A DNA stretch of 32,000 bases. Source: Candidatus Hadarchaeales archaeon. GTDB lineage: Archaea; Hadarchaeota; Hadarchaeia; Hadarchaeales; Hadarchaeaceae. The position numbers and the translations under genes are program-made. The notes under the pieces were generated by a model, which saw only the letters and a list, made by a program, of their open reading frames with translations, ran no database searches and had not been told where the DNA came from. The DNA lies in contig JAWBCC010000001.1 in the NCBI GenBank assembly GCA_038823825.1, positions 360,001-392,000 of the forward strand, given 5' to 3'. Positions 8,034-17,237 of this stretch are shown piece after piece (the stretch's first letter is position 1; each line of letters starts with the position of its first letter).

Positions 8034-8864
8034 TTAAATAGGCTGGAATATGAGGTCTGGAAAAACAGGATTGATTAAAATATTTGTAAAAATCACGTTT
8101 AGATTATCGATCTTGGCTGGGATTTCCTGACCGGTATATATTCTAGCGAAAGCTCCAGCGTAGTTTAGAAACACAATGTAGTAGTTCCAGAACTCGCGGA
8201 AGTCGATATTGGCGTTTTCAAATGTTATCCAGTCCTCATTCTCAAAACGTGCCCAACCTGTTTTAGCTCTCCAGCTCATTATGTACGAGATTCGTGCGTT
8301 ATTTTCGTCTATGGCGTTTATTCTAAGTTCCAAGTTTTCGATCTGATCTAAGTTCCTTGTGTAAAACTCTATTCTTCGTATGGGATAATTCTCGATGAGC
8401 AAAGTAAAACTCATGCTCTTGATTATTAACGGCTGTTCGTTCTCCTGTGGTTGTTCGTTCTCCTGTGGTGGGATTTCCAATTCCAGCGGTTTTGGCCCAA
8501 CTATCACATAGATATAAACGTGTTCATTTTCAACTTCTCCAGAAATCAAGGCGAAGTTGTTATCTTTTTCGAGAAGTCTTCCGTAAAATCTGAGTATGTT
8601 TCCTTCTCCGATCGATTGCCAGTTTTCTTTTCGGAGTGCTTTATCAAATGAGTTCATAGCTTTTTCGAGATCACCCGAACCGACATATCTGACTATGATA
8701 TAGTTCTCCACTAAATTCTCTTCTTCGATTTTGAAGCCCGATGGTACCTTGAATCCGCCTGGACCGGCCAGAGGGGGCGGTCGATTGACGAAACTTAAGA
8801 TAAGAAATGTCGAGATTATGATTACTCCAATCAGTCCGAAGATCCAAATCTTCATCTTTTTCAA
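8034..8864 (-). CDS. Membrane-anchored extracytoplasmic protein of unknown function
   Basis: 276 aa. N-terminal TM/signal anchor (IWIFGLIGVIIISTFLILSFV), then a soluble domain with a QENEQP duplication. Confidence 0.75.
   Translation of the reverse strand: MKKMKIWIFGLIGVIIISTFLILSFVNRPPPLAGPGGFKVPSGFKIEEENLVENYIIVRYVGSGDLEKAMNSFDKALRKENWQSIGEGNILRFYGRLLEKDNNFALISGEVENEHVYIYVIVGPKPLELEIPPQENEQPQENEQPLIIKSMSFTLLIENYPIRRIEFYTRNLDQIENLELRINAIDENNARISYIMSWRAKTGWARFENEDWITFENANIDFREFWNYYIVFLNYAGAFARIYTGQEIPAKIDNLNVIFTNILINPVFPDLIFQPI
8434..8469. repeat. Perfect 18-bp x2 tandem repeat inside the 8034-8864 CDS, encoding QENEQP-QENEQP
   Basis: tgttcgttctcctgtggt repeated twice back to back. Confidence 0.8.
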
Positions 8865-8903
8865 AAAGATGTCGTCTGGAGGGTGTTTAATGTTGTCGCT
8901 TCA

Positions 8904-9074
8904 TTATTTTTTCTTAAATTCTGTATATCCACATCTACCGCATGAATACCGATTTTCATGTTCGGCCATAAACACTCCTTCACCACAGCGAGGACAGAAA
9001 CGTCTAAGTCTCTTCAAGCGTTCTCCCTCAATTTTATACAGTTTAGATTTTCTACCCCCAACTTTTTCTGTCAA
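8904..9074 (-). CDS. rps27ae: 30S ribosomal protein S27ae
   Basis: Manual translation: (TTG)[55 protein letters not shown], 56 aa, below the ORF-track length cutoff. Overlaps the rps24e stop (TTGA). Confidence 0.95.
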   Translation of the reverse strand: MTEKVGGRKSKLYKIEGERLKRLRRFCPRCGEGVFMAEHENRYSCGRCGYTEFKKK

Positions 9075-9385
9075 GTTTTTGCCTCCTCTGCTGCTTTCTC
9101 AGTTGGTTTGTCTCTATTCAATAAATACTTCGGTTCTAAGGATTCAAGTTGTTCTCTAGACTCGTAAACTCTGGCTATTCCCAAAGATTCAGCCTTGCCG
9201 TGCAAACTGGTTATCTTTTGGATTATGATCAGATCTTGGTTAACATTCAGTATTTCAGCCAGTTTTGCCTTGGTCTCCCGCCTACTGGGTGTGGACATTC
9301 CCTCATGTCTCAGCCTGAATTTTATTTCCCTTCTTTGCAAAAGCTTATTCTCCACATTTTCCACGATCTCTAACTCGAGCGCCAT
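9071..9385 (-). CDS. rps24e: 30S ribosomal protein S24e
   Basis: [44 protein letters not shown]... [23 protein letters not shown]. Confidence 0.93.
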   Translation of the reverse strand: MALELEIVENVENKLLQRREIKFRLRHEGMSTPSRRETKAKLAEILNVNQDLIIIQKITSLHGKAESLGIARVYESREQLESLEPKYLLNRDKPTEKAAEEAKT

Positions 9386-9430
9386 ATATATTCCATCAGA
9401 ATTATGTTCATGTTTTTTAAATTGTTCGCT

Positions 9431-9958
9431 TTAGGGGGATCCCGCCGAAGTGAATCTTTTCAAAATTTTCTCGAATTCCCGCTTTTTTTCCTCTGTAACT
9501 TCGATGATTACCGTTCCTTCGCCAGGCTGACCGTATATTACTATCGACCCGATCGGAGAAGTCAACACTGCAGGAATCGTCACAAGATCCTCCTCTCCTT
9601 CAACAATTACTCTCATCTTACCGCTCGCTTTTTCGAAGATATCCCATAGAGCTGGATTTAGGGTCCCAGCTGCATTTTTTATACGAGTTTCTTGGTATGG
9701 TGCATTGCGTAACATGTTCAAAACAGGTTGAAGGACATCTGCTCTCTCTATTTTGAAATCAATCACCAGTATATCGGGAAAAATCTCTTTCTCAAGAAGT
9801 TTTACACTCACGAAATCCCCCACTGATACGATCCTCGGAGGATTCCTTTCTCGAATGAAATTGGCGATTTCCTCGAAATCTTTTTTAACAACACCCAACG
9901 GCTTTTTCAGCTCTTTGCGAAGGTCTTCCGGCAACTCCAAAACATGTTTTGGACGCAC
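9431..9958 (-). CDS. GTP-dependent dephospho-CoA kinase (DUF359 family)
   Basis: LPEDLRKELKKPLG... RIVSVGDFVS ... DILVIDFKIERADV ... RVIVEGEEDLVTIPAVLTSPIGSIVIYGQPGEG. Confidence 0.9.
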   Translation of the reverse strand: MRPKHVLELPEDLRKELKKPLGVVKKDFEEIANFIRERNPPRIVSVGDFVSVKLLEKEIFPDILVIDFKIERADVLQPVLNMLRNAPYQETRIKNAAGTLNPALWDIFEKASGKMRVIVEGEEDLVTIPAVLTSPIGSIVIYGQPGEGTVIIEVTEEKKREFEKILKRFTSAGSP

Positions 9959-9980
9959 AGATTTTCTTATTCTTATCCAA

Positions 9981-11645
9981 TTAATAGATTTTTCTCTGTG
10001 ATTCGAATATTTTGCGAAGCTTCTGCAAAGTGTCCGCTTGCTCGGCAGTCTTTTCCTCGCGAATTCTGTTTATTCTTGCAAACCGGAGGGCCATGCCACA
10101 CGGATATTTTGGGCTTTTTTGAATCTCGTTGTAGAATACTTCCACAACGATCTCCGGCTTAACCCAAACCGTTCGTCCTTCTTCAGAGATTTTTAAGTCT
10201 ATGAGCCTTTTAGTCATCTGCTCGAGTTCTTTATCAGAGAGACCCTTGAACGTTTTCCCAACGATTTCAAATTTTCCGGTTTTCTCGTCTAAAGCTCCAA
10301 GATAGTAGTCTGAGAGATATCTGGCTCTTCGCCCATGACCCCACTCTGCTCCGACTATCACGAGATCCAAAGGCTCCAACACCGGTTTTATTTTTAACCA
10401 TAATTCGCTTCTAGATCCCAGTAGATATTTTCCATGTAGCGCTTTTGCTACAAGCCCCTCATGCCCCTGCTTGATTGCTTCATTCAGAAATTCCTCTGCT
10501 TCCTTTTTGCTTGAAGTAATCATTGCTGGAACTATACAATCTGGTGGGATCAGATTTAGCAGTTTTTCTCTCCTTTGCAGGTATGGCAAGTTTGTCGTGA
10601 CCTGACCGTCTACGTATAAAACGTCAAAAAGTTGTAACTTGAGAAAAATTCCCTTCACAATTTTTGGAACCTCCATCTCACGCCTGAATCTTCTCAAAAG
10701 ATATTGGAAAGGAAGTGGGTTGCCATGTTGGTCGACTGCGATCACTTCTCCGTCCAAGATCGCTTCCTCAGCTTTTATTTCCTGAACCTTTTCAACAATT
10801 TCAGGCAGACAAACAGAAACATCTTTCAAACTTCTGCTGAATACTTTGACAATGCTACCTTTTTTGTGAAGCTGGATGCGGGCGCCATCCAATTTGAATT
10901 CAAAAGAGGTTTGCCCGCCGTGCAGCGATAACGCTTCTTGTACATCCTTGGCTATTTGGGCAAGCATGGGCTCTACTGGCTGAAAAGTGGATATTTGCAG
11001 AGAAGAAATCGCATCCTTTCCCTTTTCTGCAATTCTGGCAGCGACTTCACTTATGTCAGCCATGACTCCAACTGCTCTCTCAATCTCCTCCTCACTGATG
11101 CCGAAAGCTTTTGCCAAGCTGTTCTTGAGCATTTCTCCCTTGAATCCTGTTCTCATCTCTCCAGTCAGTATCTTCACGAGAAGTTTTGCCTCAGTCGGAC
11201 CACAGCGATTTAGCAAGCCTTCCAGCAGTTTTTCTTTTCGCTCATTTGCGCCTTTACCACTAATTTCAGAAATCTTGTGAAGAATGGCCCAAACTTCTTC
11301 AACTGTCAATTGCCTCGGATGAAGCGAGACGGGGGCTATTTTCCTTTTCTCAAATGCTATTTTGGTTGTCTCTCCAAGGTCTCCTGTTTCTTTGAAAAAC
11401 TTCCAGAATTCCGATTCTTTTAACCCCGTGACTTTTAGAACCACTTTTTTGATGGACTCCCAACCCAGTCCTTTGCCCAGTTCACTCGCCGAAGCCGACT
11501 TTCCAAGAAGCATGTCACACACAGGTCTAACTTCTGATTTTTCCAGTCCACTTATAAATCGAGCAACGGTTTCAATCATCACATTTCTTTTTCTCGTTTT
11601 TTCAAGCTTCTCACAAAGTTCGGCAAGCTTAGAGAATTCCATCAA
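9981..11645 (-). CDS. lig: ATP-dependent DNA ligase (copy 1)
   Basis: 554 aa. Motif I FEFKLDGARIQLHK, EAILDGEVIAVD, EGLVAKALHG, WLKIKP, C-terminal OB-like region ending CGMALRFARINRIREEKTAEQA. Confidence 0.95.
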   Translation of the reverse strand: MMEFSKLAELCEKLEKTRKRNVMIETVARFISGLEKSEVRPVCDMLLGKSASASELGKGLGWESIKKVVLKVTGLKESEFWKFFKETGDLGETTKIAFEKRKIAPVSLHPRQLTVEEVWAILHKISEISGKGANERKEKLLEGLLNRCGPTEAKLLVKILTGEMRTGFKGEMLKNSLAKAFGISEEEIERAVGVMADISEVAARIAEKGKDAISSLQISTFQPVEPMLAQIAKDVQEALSLHGGQTSFEFKLDGARIQLHKKGSIVKVFSRSLKDVSVCLPEIVEKVQEIKAEEAILDGEVIAVDQHGNPLPFQYLLRRFRREMEVPKIVKGIFLKLQLFDVLYVDGQVTTNLPYLQRREKLLNLIPPDCIVPAMITSSKKEAEEFLNEAIKQGHEGLVAKALHGKYLLGSRSELWLKIKPVLEPLDLVIVGAEWGHGRRARYLSDYYLGALDEKTGKFEIVGKTFKGLSDKELEQMTKRLIDLKISEEGRTVWVKPEIVVEVFYNEIQKSPKYPCGMALRFARINRIREEKTAEQADTLQKLRKIFESQRKIY

Positions 11646-11699
11646 AATTGATTCGATCTCTTGTGAAAAAACTTTTATTGTTTAAACAGAGTAGTCTTT

Positions 11700-12959
11700 T
11701 TGGTGAAAAAAACAGTCCACGATCCCGTACACGGGAGTATAACAGTTCATGGTGCTGTCCTAGACCTTCTCGATACTGTTGAGGTTCAAAGATTACGTGG
11801 AATAAAACAGCTAGGATTAGCGAACGTGGCTTTTCCTGGAGCGAACCACTCTAGATTTGAGCATGCCTTAGGTGCTTCCCACATGGCTGAAAAAGTTTCG
11901 ACGATCCTAAAATTGTCGAAAGATGAAAGAGAACTTCTCAAAGTCACAGCGCTTTTGCACGATGTTGGACATGCTCCATATTCCCACACATTTGAACAAC
12001 TCATGTTGGACGTCCTTGGATTAGACCATATGGAAATTACCGGAAAAATTTTAGAAGGAAAGATTTCAGTTGAGAGTTCAAGAAAATTGCGATCTCTCAA
12101 TGTGCCAAGAACTTGCGATGTTCTTAAAGAATGGGGTTTATCCGCAAAAGAAATTTCACTCCTGCTTCTTGGAAAACATGAAAAGGAGTATTTGGGCGAC
12201 CTTCTTCATAGCGAAATCGATGTTGACCAACTTGACTATTTGCTCCGCGATTCTCACTACACCGGTGTAGCACTTGGCATGGTCGACGCCGAACGAATTA
12301 TAAATACGCTTGTTGTTCGGCAAAATAAATTATGCGTACTTGAAAAGGGAATAGAAGCAATTGAGGGGCTTCTTACGGCTAGAAGTCTAATGTACAGTTC
12401 CGTTTACTATCATCACACAGTGAGGACGGCAGAGGTCATGCTAGCAAATGCAGTAGATTTCGTAATTCGTGGAGTTTCCAAACGCGAAGCTTTAAGGTTG
12501 TTCACAATGAACGATGCACAATTAATGGTTTTTCTAGATTCAGTCGGCGGTTTCGTGTCAGAACTCGTGGCAAGATTACGATATAGAACGCTTTTTAAAC
12601 CAGTCTATGTTAGACCAAGAACCAAACTTTCTGAAGAGGAGAAGAAGGAATATTTAGAAAAGTTCGGCAGATGGTCCAAAATACGCAAGATTCAGGAGGA
12701 AATCGCGGAAGAAGCAGGGGTTGAAGTCGGCAGAGTTATGATCGACGTTCCGGTTGTCGATATCATCATCTCAGAGCCCAGAATATCCAAAGTCGAAATG
12801 CCAGTTTTGTCTAGGGGAAAACTGCACAATCTTGCGGAGCTCTCTCCTCTTGCCGAAGCAATAAAACAACGACAAAGTCCCAAGTTTTTCCTGAGAGTTT
12901 TGGCTGATCCGAGATTTGAAGAGCAGGTAGAAAGGGCAGCAAAAAGGATCTTTGATTGA
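11700..12959 (+). CDS. HD-domain phosphohydrolase (SAMHD1/dGTPase-like)
   Basis: KTVHDPVHGSITVHG... RLRGIKQLGLA...FPGANHSRFEHALG ... LLHDVGHAPYSHTFEQ ... DVDQLDYLLRDSHYTGV. GTG at 11703 is an alternative start. Confidence 0.9.
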   Translation: MVKKTVHDPVHGSITVHGAVLDLLDTVEVQRLRGIKQLGLANVAFPGANHSRFEHALGASHMAEKVSTILKLSKDERELLKVTALLHDVGHAPYSHTFEQLMLDVLGLDHMEITGKILEGKISVESSRKLRSLNVPRTCDVLKEWGLSAKEISLLLLGKHEKEYLGDLLHSEIDVDQLDYLLRDSHYTGVALGMVDAERIINTLVVRQNKLCVLEKGIEAIEGLLTARSLMYSSVYYHHTVRTAEVMLANAVDFVIRGVSKREALRLFTMNDAQLMVFLDSVGGFVSELVARLRYRTLFKPVYVRPRTKLSEEEKKEYLEKFGRWSKIRKIQEEIAEEAGVEVGRVMIDVPVVDIIISEPRISKVEMPVLSRGKLHNLAELSPLAEAIKQRQSPKFFLRVLADPRFEEQVERAAKRIFD

Positions 12960-12960
12960 T

Positions 12961-13530
12961 TTATGCTTGCAGGGCACGGCGCCCCTTCTCTGTTGGTTTT
13001 AGCCTACCATCTAGATATCCCAAAATCTGAAGCCTTGTTATCTGAGATTTCGTAACAATCAATGGCATTCCTACTTCGGCCGATATTCTCTCAATTGTTT
13101 CCCCACGATCCAGTAACCTTATAATTTCTCTTCCAGCTTCGCCGACCAGAAATTCGTCCGCCAATCTCTGCTTTACCGGCTCCGGAAGCTTCGACCTCGC
13201 TAGTATTTTCTCCAAGGCCTCAACACCAGGTCGAGTTTTGTATTTTTTGAGTATGGTTCGCTGACATATTTTGGCTCCGGCAATTGCGGATCTCAATGTT
13301 TCCAAATCTTTAACGAGTTCATAGAGATCGGAACCGGACATTGGCGCAACCGGCTTTGCCTTTGCATATTCGACGAGCTTATTTCTAAGTTCCTCTATTT
13401 CTTTTTCGAGTTTTCTCTGTCTGAGAATACCGCTTCTACCCCAAAGCATCACCGCTAAGAGAACCACCACAAACGCCATCAAAATTACGTTTATTGTCCA
13501 GACCAATTCCAATTCTTCACCTCCAATCAT
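12961..13530 (-). CDS. Membrane-anchored coiled-coil/winged-helix protein, uncharacterised
   Basis: 189 aa. N-terminal TM (VWTINVILMAFVVVLLAVMLW), coiled coil, C-terminal HTH (RISAEVGMPLIVTKSQITRLQILGYLDGRLKPTEKGRRAL). 4-nt overlap with tiaS. Confidence 0.7.
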   Translation of the reverse strand: MIGGEELELVWTINVILMAFVVVLLAVMLWGRSGILRQRKLEKEIEELRNKLVEYAKAKPVAPMSGSDLYELVKDLETLRSAIAGAKICQRTILKKYKTRPGVEALEKILARSKLPEPVKQRLADEFLVGEAGREIIRLLDRGETIERISAEVGMPLIVTKSQITRLQILGYLDGRLKPTEKGRRALQA

Positions 13531-14843
13531 TTTTCATCTTCACATTTTAAAAGCGTGAGCTCGCCAATCTTGCTCCTGAACTCTCTTACAAGCGGTTTCG
13601 AAAGATGTCTTCTGGCTCTTGGTGGAACTTCGAATTTTCCAGGAAGAATTATTCTGGGTTTTTTCCGATATTCTACAGCCTCGGGAGGAAACTTGTATTT
13701 GCATTTTTCACATTCATATCCCTTGCCCCTACCCATGGATTTCGTTCTCCTTCCACAGATTGGGCAGGTCGGATTAACTTTTATTATCTTCTCGGCAAGC
13801 TTGAGCACTTCTATCTTTTCCAAATTTAGGGTTAGAGGGATCCCGGGTTTCTCTTTGACGCTACCGTGAACAACAATCTCGTCTCCAGGCATAAGCTGCA
13901 GCACAATTTCTCTGAACTTTCTGGTCGGCTCATATGCTGCACAGTGAATTTTACCTGTGTCGTCATTTATGGTGAAGATAACATGACCACCAGGGATAAC
14001 CCTTGGTTTTGAACTCACAAAACCGCGTACAGAGTAGGAACGAAGCGGTTTTATTTCTTTTATTTTTGCAGGTATTAGGTGTTCATCGGTCGCTTGATTT
14101 GTCTTATAAATAATCGTACGCTCAATTGGTTCTCCAACTTTAACAATCTCCGCGGCTTTCTCCAAAATCTCAGGAGATTCACCGCGGATCCCATAAAGAA
14201 TCGGACACGGGGTGTGTGGAGTGATCTTGATTTCGCCAGTCCATGGGTCGATATTGTCAAAAGTGAGTGGGAATGTTTTTTCGTTCATTTCCCTTACGCT
14301 TTCTGGATCAACTTTCCTAGGTTTTCCGTAATTCTGAGGGATTCGATATGCAATGTATTCGAAAGTGAAATCTCTGTCGAGTGGATGTCCAATTGCGGCT
14401 AGGGCTCCAATGATTCCTTTCCCCTTTCTGAATTCATAAATTTCCGCACATATGAGACGTGCAAGTTCTCTAGCCTCATCAATTGTCACTATGTCGCGAA
14501 CAACACGGAGCGCAAAATCAGAAAGTTCTGGAGGTATCTTCCTTTTCGGATAAAATACCACGCCCGGATTCGTCTTTTCATCTTCCTCGGCCAGTTCTTC
14601 CACTGTTTTCAAGATTGCTTTTTTGATCTTGTCTAAAAGATCTTCACCAAGTTTAAGCAAAAAAGCCACGGCACAGTTTCCTCTTGTCTTTTCAGGCCAG
14701 CAAGGATTCAACCTTATCAACCGTGGGTAATCGACAAGTTCGGCTCCGAGCTTTTGAGCACGTTCTATCGCTACTGCTCCTACATAGGTAGTGCACATGC
14801 CGCGTGGGGAATCCGTATCGTCTATTCCTACGTGAAGGAACAT
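13527..14843 (-). CDS. tiaS: tRNA(Ile2) 2-agmatinylcytidine synthetase TiaS
   Basis: MFLHVGIDDTDSPRGMCTTYVG..., GNCAVAF, OB-fold region, Zn ribbon CPICGRRTKSMGRGKGYECEKCKYKF. Start chosen at ATG 14843 rather than the long track ORF start. Confidence 0.92.
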   Translation of the reverse strand: MFLHVGIDDTDSPRGMCTTYVGAVAIERAQKLGAELVDYPRLIRLNPCWPEKTRGNCAVAFLLKLGEDLLDKIKKAILKTVEELAEEDEKTNPGVVFYPKRKIPPELSDFALRVVRDIVTIDEARELARLICAEIYEFRKGKGIIGALAAIGHPLDRDFTFEYIAYRIPQNYGKPRKVDPESVREMNEKTFPLTFDNIDPWTGEIKITPHTPCPILYGIRGESPEILEKAAEIVKVGEPIERTIIYKTNQATDEHLIPAKIKEIKPLRSYSVRGFVSSKPRVIPGGHVIFTINDDTGKIHCAAYEPTRKFREIVLQLMPGDEIVVHGSVKEKPGIPLTLNLEKIEVLKLAEKIIKVNPTCPICGRRTKSMGRGKGYECEKCKYKFPPEAVEYRKKPRIILPGKFEVPPRARRHLSKPLVREFRSKIGELTLLKCEDEK

Positions 14844-14910
14844 ATTGCCCGCCAAGAATAATGTAAACGTAAAACTTTTTAGGAGAATTACCCGAGAAAA
14901 AAGGAGACCG

Positions 14911-16188
14911 ATGAGAGCAGTTCTCATAATTTGCGATGGTATGGCGGACCGTCCGGTTCCAGAGCTCGCAAACAAAACACCTCTTGAAATCGCACACAAA
15001 CCGAACATGGACTGGCTGGCGAAACACGGCGTATGTGGAATAATGGACACTGTTGAGGCAGGGGTGCCTCCGGGGAGTGATACCGCGCACCTCGCGCTTT
15101 TGGGTTACAATCCTTTTGAGGTCTACACGGGAAGGGGCCCCTTTGAAGCCGCTGGTGCCGGAATAGAGCTTAAGCCTGGAGACATAGCCTTCCGCGCAAA
15201 CTTCGCGACAGTTGACGAAAAAGGGATAATTGTAGATAGAAGGGCAGGTAGGATACAAGAAGCCAAGCTATTGGAGGAAGCGATTAGCAAAATAAAGATC
15301 AAGGGAGTAGAAATAATTTTCAAAGCGACAATTGGACATCGCGGTGTTTTAGTTCTACGCGGGAAGGGTCTATCACATGAAGTTTCAGATTCCGATCCGC
15401 ATGCAACGGGAGTGAAACCGCTAAAGATTTTTCCGAAATTAATTGAAGAAAAAAGAACTCCTGAATATCCTTTAATTGCAGGAGGGGTAAGAAAGTTGGT
15501 CATAAGAAGAAGCCGGGCGCTTAAAACCGCAAAAATTTTGAACGAGTTCTCTCGTAAAGCGCACGAAGTGTTACGTAAACATGAGGTTAATCTTCGAAGG
15601 ATAAAAGAAGGAAAACCACCTGCGAATTACATTTTGCTCAGAGGGCCCGGGGTGGTTCCTCATCTATCGTCCTTGGAAGAGAGAACCGGTCTGAAAGGGG
15701 CCTGTGTCGCTGCTGCGGCACTTGTAAAAGGCGTGTGCAGACTTGCAGGAATGACAGTTCCAGATGTTCCCGGAGCAACGGGGAGCGTAAACACGGATCT
15801 TGCGAGCAAGGTTAAGACCACTCTCAAACTTTTAGAAGATCACGATATCGTTCTCCTTCATATAAAAGGTCTGGACGAAGCGAGCCATGATCATGATCCG
15901 AGAAAGAAAGTAGAATTCATAGAAAAAATAGATTCTATTTTGCCCCAGTTAATTGAGGCTACGGATTTTATATTGCTTACAGCGGATCACACAACGCCAG
16001 TGAGTGTTGGAGATCACACAGCAGATCCTGTACCCGTTGTGATTTACGGACCTGGCGTTAGGGTCGATGATGTGGAAAAATTCGGAGAAAGGGATGCTGC
16101 GAAGGGTGGACTCGGCAGGATCAATGGTCGTCATTTGCTCCCGATTTTGGCAGACCTCATGGGAAAAAGTCACAAATTCGGTGCCTGA
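14911..16188 (+). CDS. apgM: 2,3-bisphosphoglycerate-independent phosphoglycerate mutase (archaeal type)
   Basis: MRAVLIICDGMADRPVPEL... GVPPGSDTAHLALLGYNPFEVYTGRGPFEAAGAGI ... LLHIKGLDEASHDHDPRKK ... LTADHTTPVSVGDHTADPVPV. AGGAG before the ATG. Confidence 0.95.
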   Translation: MRAVLIICDGMADRPVPELANKTPLEIAHKPNMDWLAKHGVCGIMDTVEAGVPPGSDTAHLALLGYNPFEVYTGRGPFEAAGAGIELKPGDIAFRANFATVDEKGIIVDRRAGRIQEAKLLEEAISKIKIKGVEIIFKATIGHRGVLVLRGKGLSHEVSDSDPHATGVKPLKIFPKLIEEKRTPEYPLIAGGVRKLVIRRSRALKTAKILNEFSRKAHEVLRKHEVNLRRIKEGKPPANYILLRGPGVVPHLSSLEERTGLKGACVAAAALVKGVCRLAGMTVPDVPGATGSVNTDLASKVKTTLKLLEDHDIVLLHIKGLDEASHDHDPRKKVEFIEKIDSILPQLIEATDFILLTADHTTPVSVGDHTADPVPVVIYGPGVRVDDVEKFGERDAAKGGLGRINGRHLLPILADLMGKSHKFGA

Positions 16189-17185
16189 GCTTCTTAAGTT
16201 CTTTTGGCTTAAACACACCGAATTCTGTTATAAAGGCGGTTATGTTCTCAGCGGGTGTTACATCGAAAGCGGGATTCCACACTGGAATGTTTTTAGGAAG
16301 TATTCGAATGCTCCCAATTTTTGCGATCTCATCGGGGTGTCTTTCTTCTATTGGAATTTCAGATCCATTTTTGACTTTGAAATCAAACGTGCTTGAAGGC
16401 GCTGCCACGTAAAATGAAACACCGTGCTGTTTCGCCAGAACGGAAAGAGTATATGTCCCGATTTTGTTAGCGGTGTCTCCATTTGCTGCAATTCTATCCG
16501 CACCGACAAGTATAACATCTACTTCACCGAGCTTCATCAGATATCCGGCAGCACTGTCAACTATCACCTTCACCGGAATTCCCTCTTTTTTAAGTTCCCA
16601 AGCAGTAAGCCGAGCACCCTGTAAAAGCGGTCGAGTTTCGGTAGCAATCACCTGTATCCTTTTTCCTTTCTCCACGCAGGCTCTGATAACACCTAGCGCT
16701 GTCCCATAATCTACTGTTGCGAGCGCTCCAGCGTTGCAATGTGTCAGAATCGTGGCTCCGTCTGGAACTAGTTTTTCGCCGTATTCTCCGATCCTTTTGT
16801 TTCTTTCGACATCTTCTTTGGCTATTTTTAGTGCTTCTTCAACAGCGGCTTTGCGTACGTCTCTCGAGTCTCTGCAAGCTCGGAGAACGCGTTCGATAGC
16901 ATGAAAAAGATCGACAGCGGTTGGACGGGTTTCCTTTAGAATGCGAGCGGCTCTTTCGACATCTTGCAGGATCCTCTCTTTAGATTTTCTTCTGCTTCTT
17001 ACCGCGGCCAGTGCAACACCCATCGCGCCGGCCACGCCTATTGCTGGTGCTCCACGGATTTTCATGTTCTTTATCGCTAGTGCGACTTCACCCACCGTTT
17101 TACATTCGATTACTCGATACTTCCAAGGAATGAGAGACTGGTCGATGAGGTAAACTCTCCCATTCCTAAACTCGACTGTTTTCAT
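16157..17185 (-). CDS. mtnA: S-methyl-5-thioribose-1-phosphate isomerase (aIF-2B-like family)
   Basis: MKIRGAPAIGVAGAMGVAL ... ILTHCNAGALATVDYGTALGVI ... VGADRIAANGDTANKIGTY ... WNPAFDVTPAENITAFITEFGV. Start reset to MKTVEFRNG at 17185. Confidence 0.9.
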   Translation of the reverse strand: MKTVEFRNGRVYLIDQSLIPWKYRVIECKTVGEVALAIKNMKIRGAPAIGVAGAMGVALAAVRSRRKSKERILQDVERAARILKETRPTAVDLFHAIERVLRACRDSRDVRKAAVEEALKIAKEDVERNKRIGEYGEKLVPDGATILTHCNAGALATVDYGTALGVIRACVEKGKRIQVIATETRPLLQGARLTAWELKKEGIPVKVIVDSAAGYLMKLGEVDVILVGADRIAANGDTANKIGTYTLSVLAKQHGVSFYVAAPSSTFDFKVKNGSEIPIEERHPDEIAKIGSIRILPKNIPVWNPAFDVTPAENITAFITEFGVFKPKELKKLRHRICDFFP

Positions 17186-17237
17186 CGCTACCGCAAGATT
17201 TAACTGAAACTGTGGATAAAAAGATGAGAGTTCGGAT

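Noticed and set aside
8731-9159. 142-aa plus-strand ORF
   Set aside because: Shadow ORF antisense to the 8034-8864 gene, rps27ae and rps24e, which are clearly real.
14692-15258. 188-aa minus-strand ORF in the track
   Set aside because: Antisense to the tiaS 5' end and the apgM N-terminus, both firmly assigned. Its translation has no domain signature and is low-complexity Arg/Cys-rich, typical of shadow ORFs.
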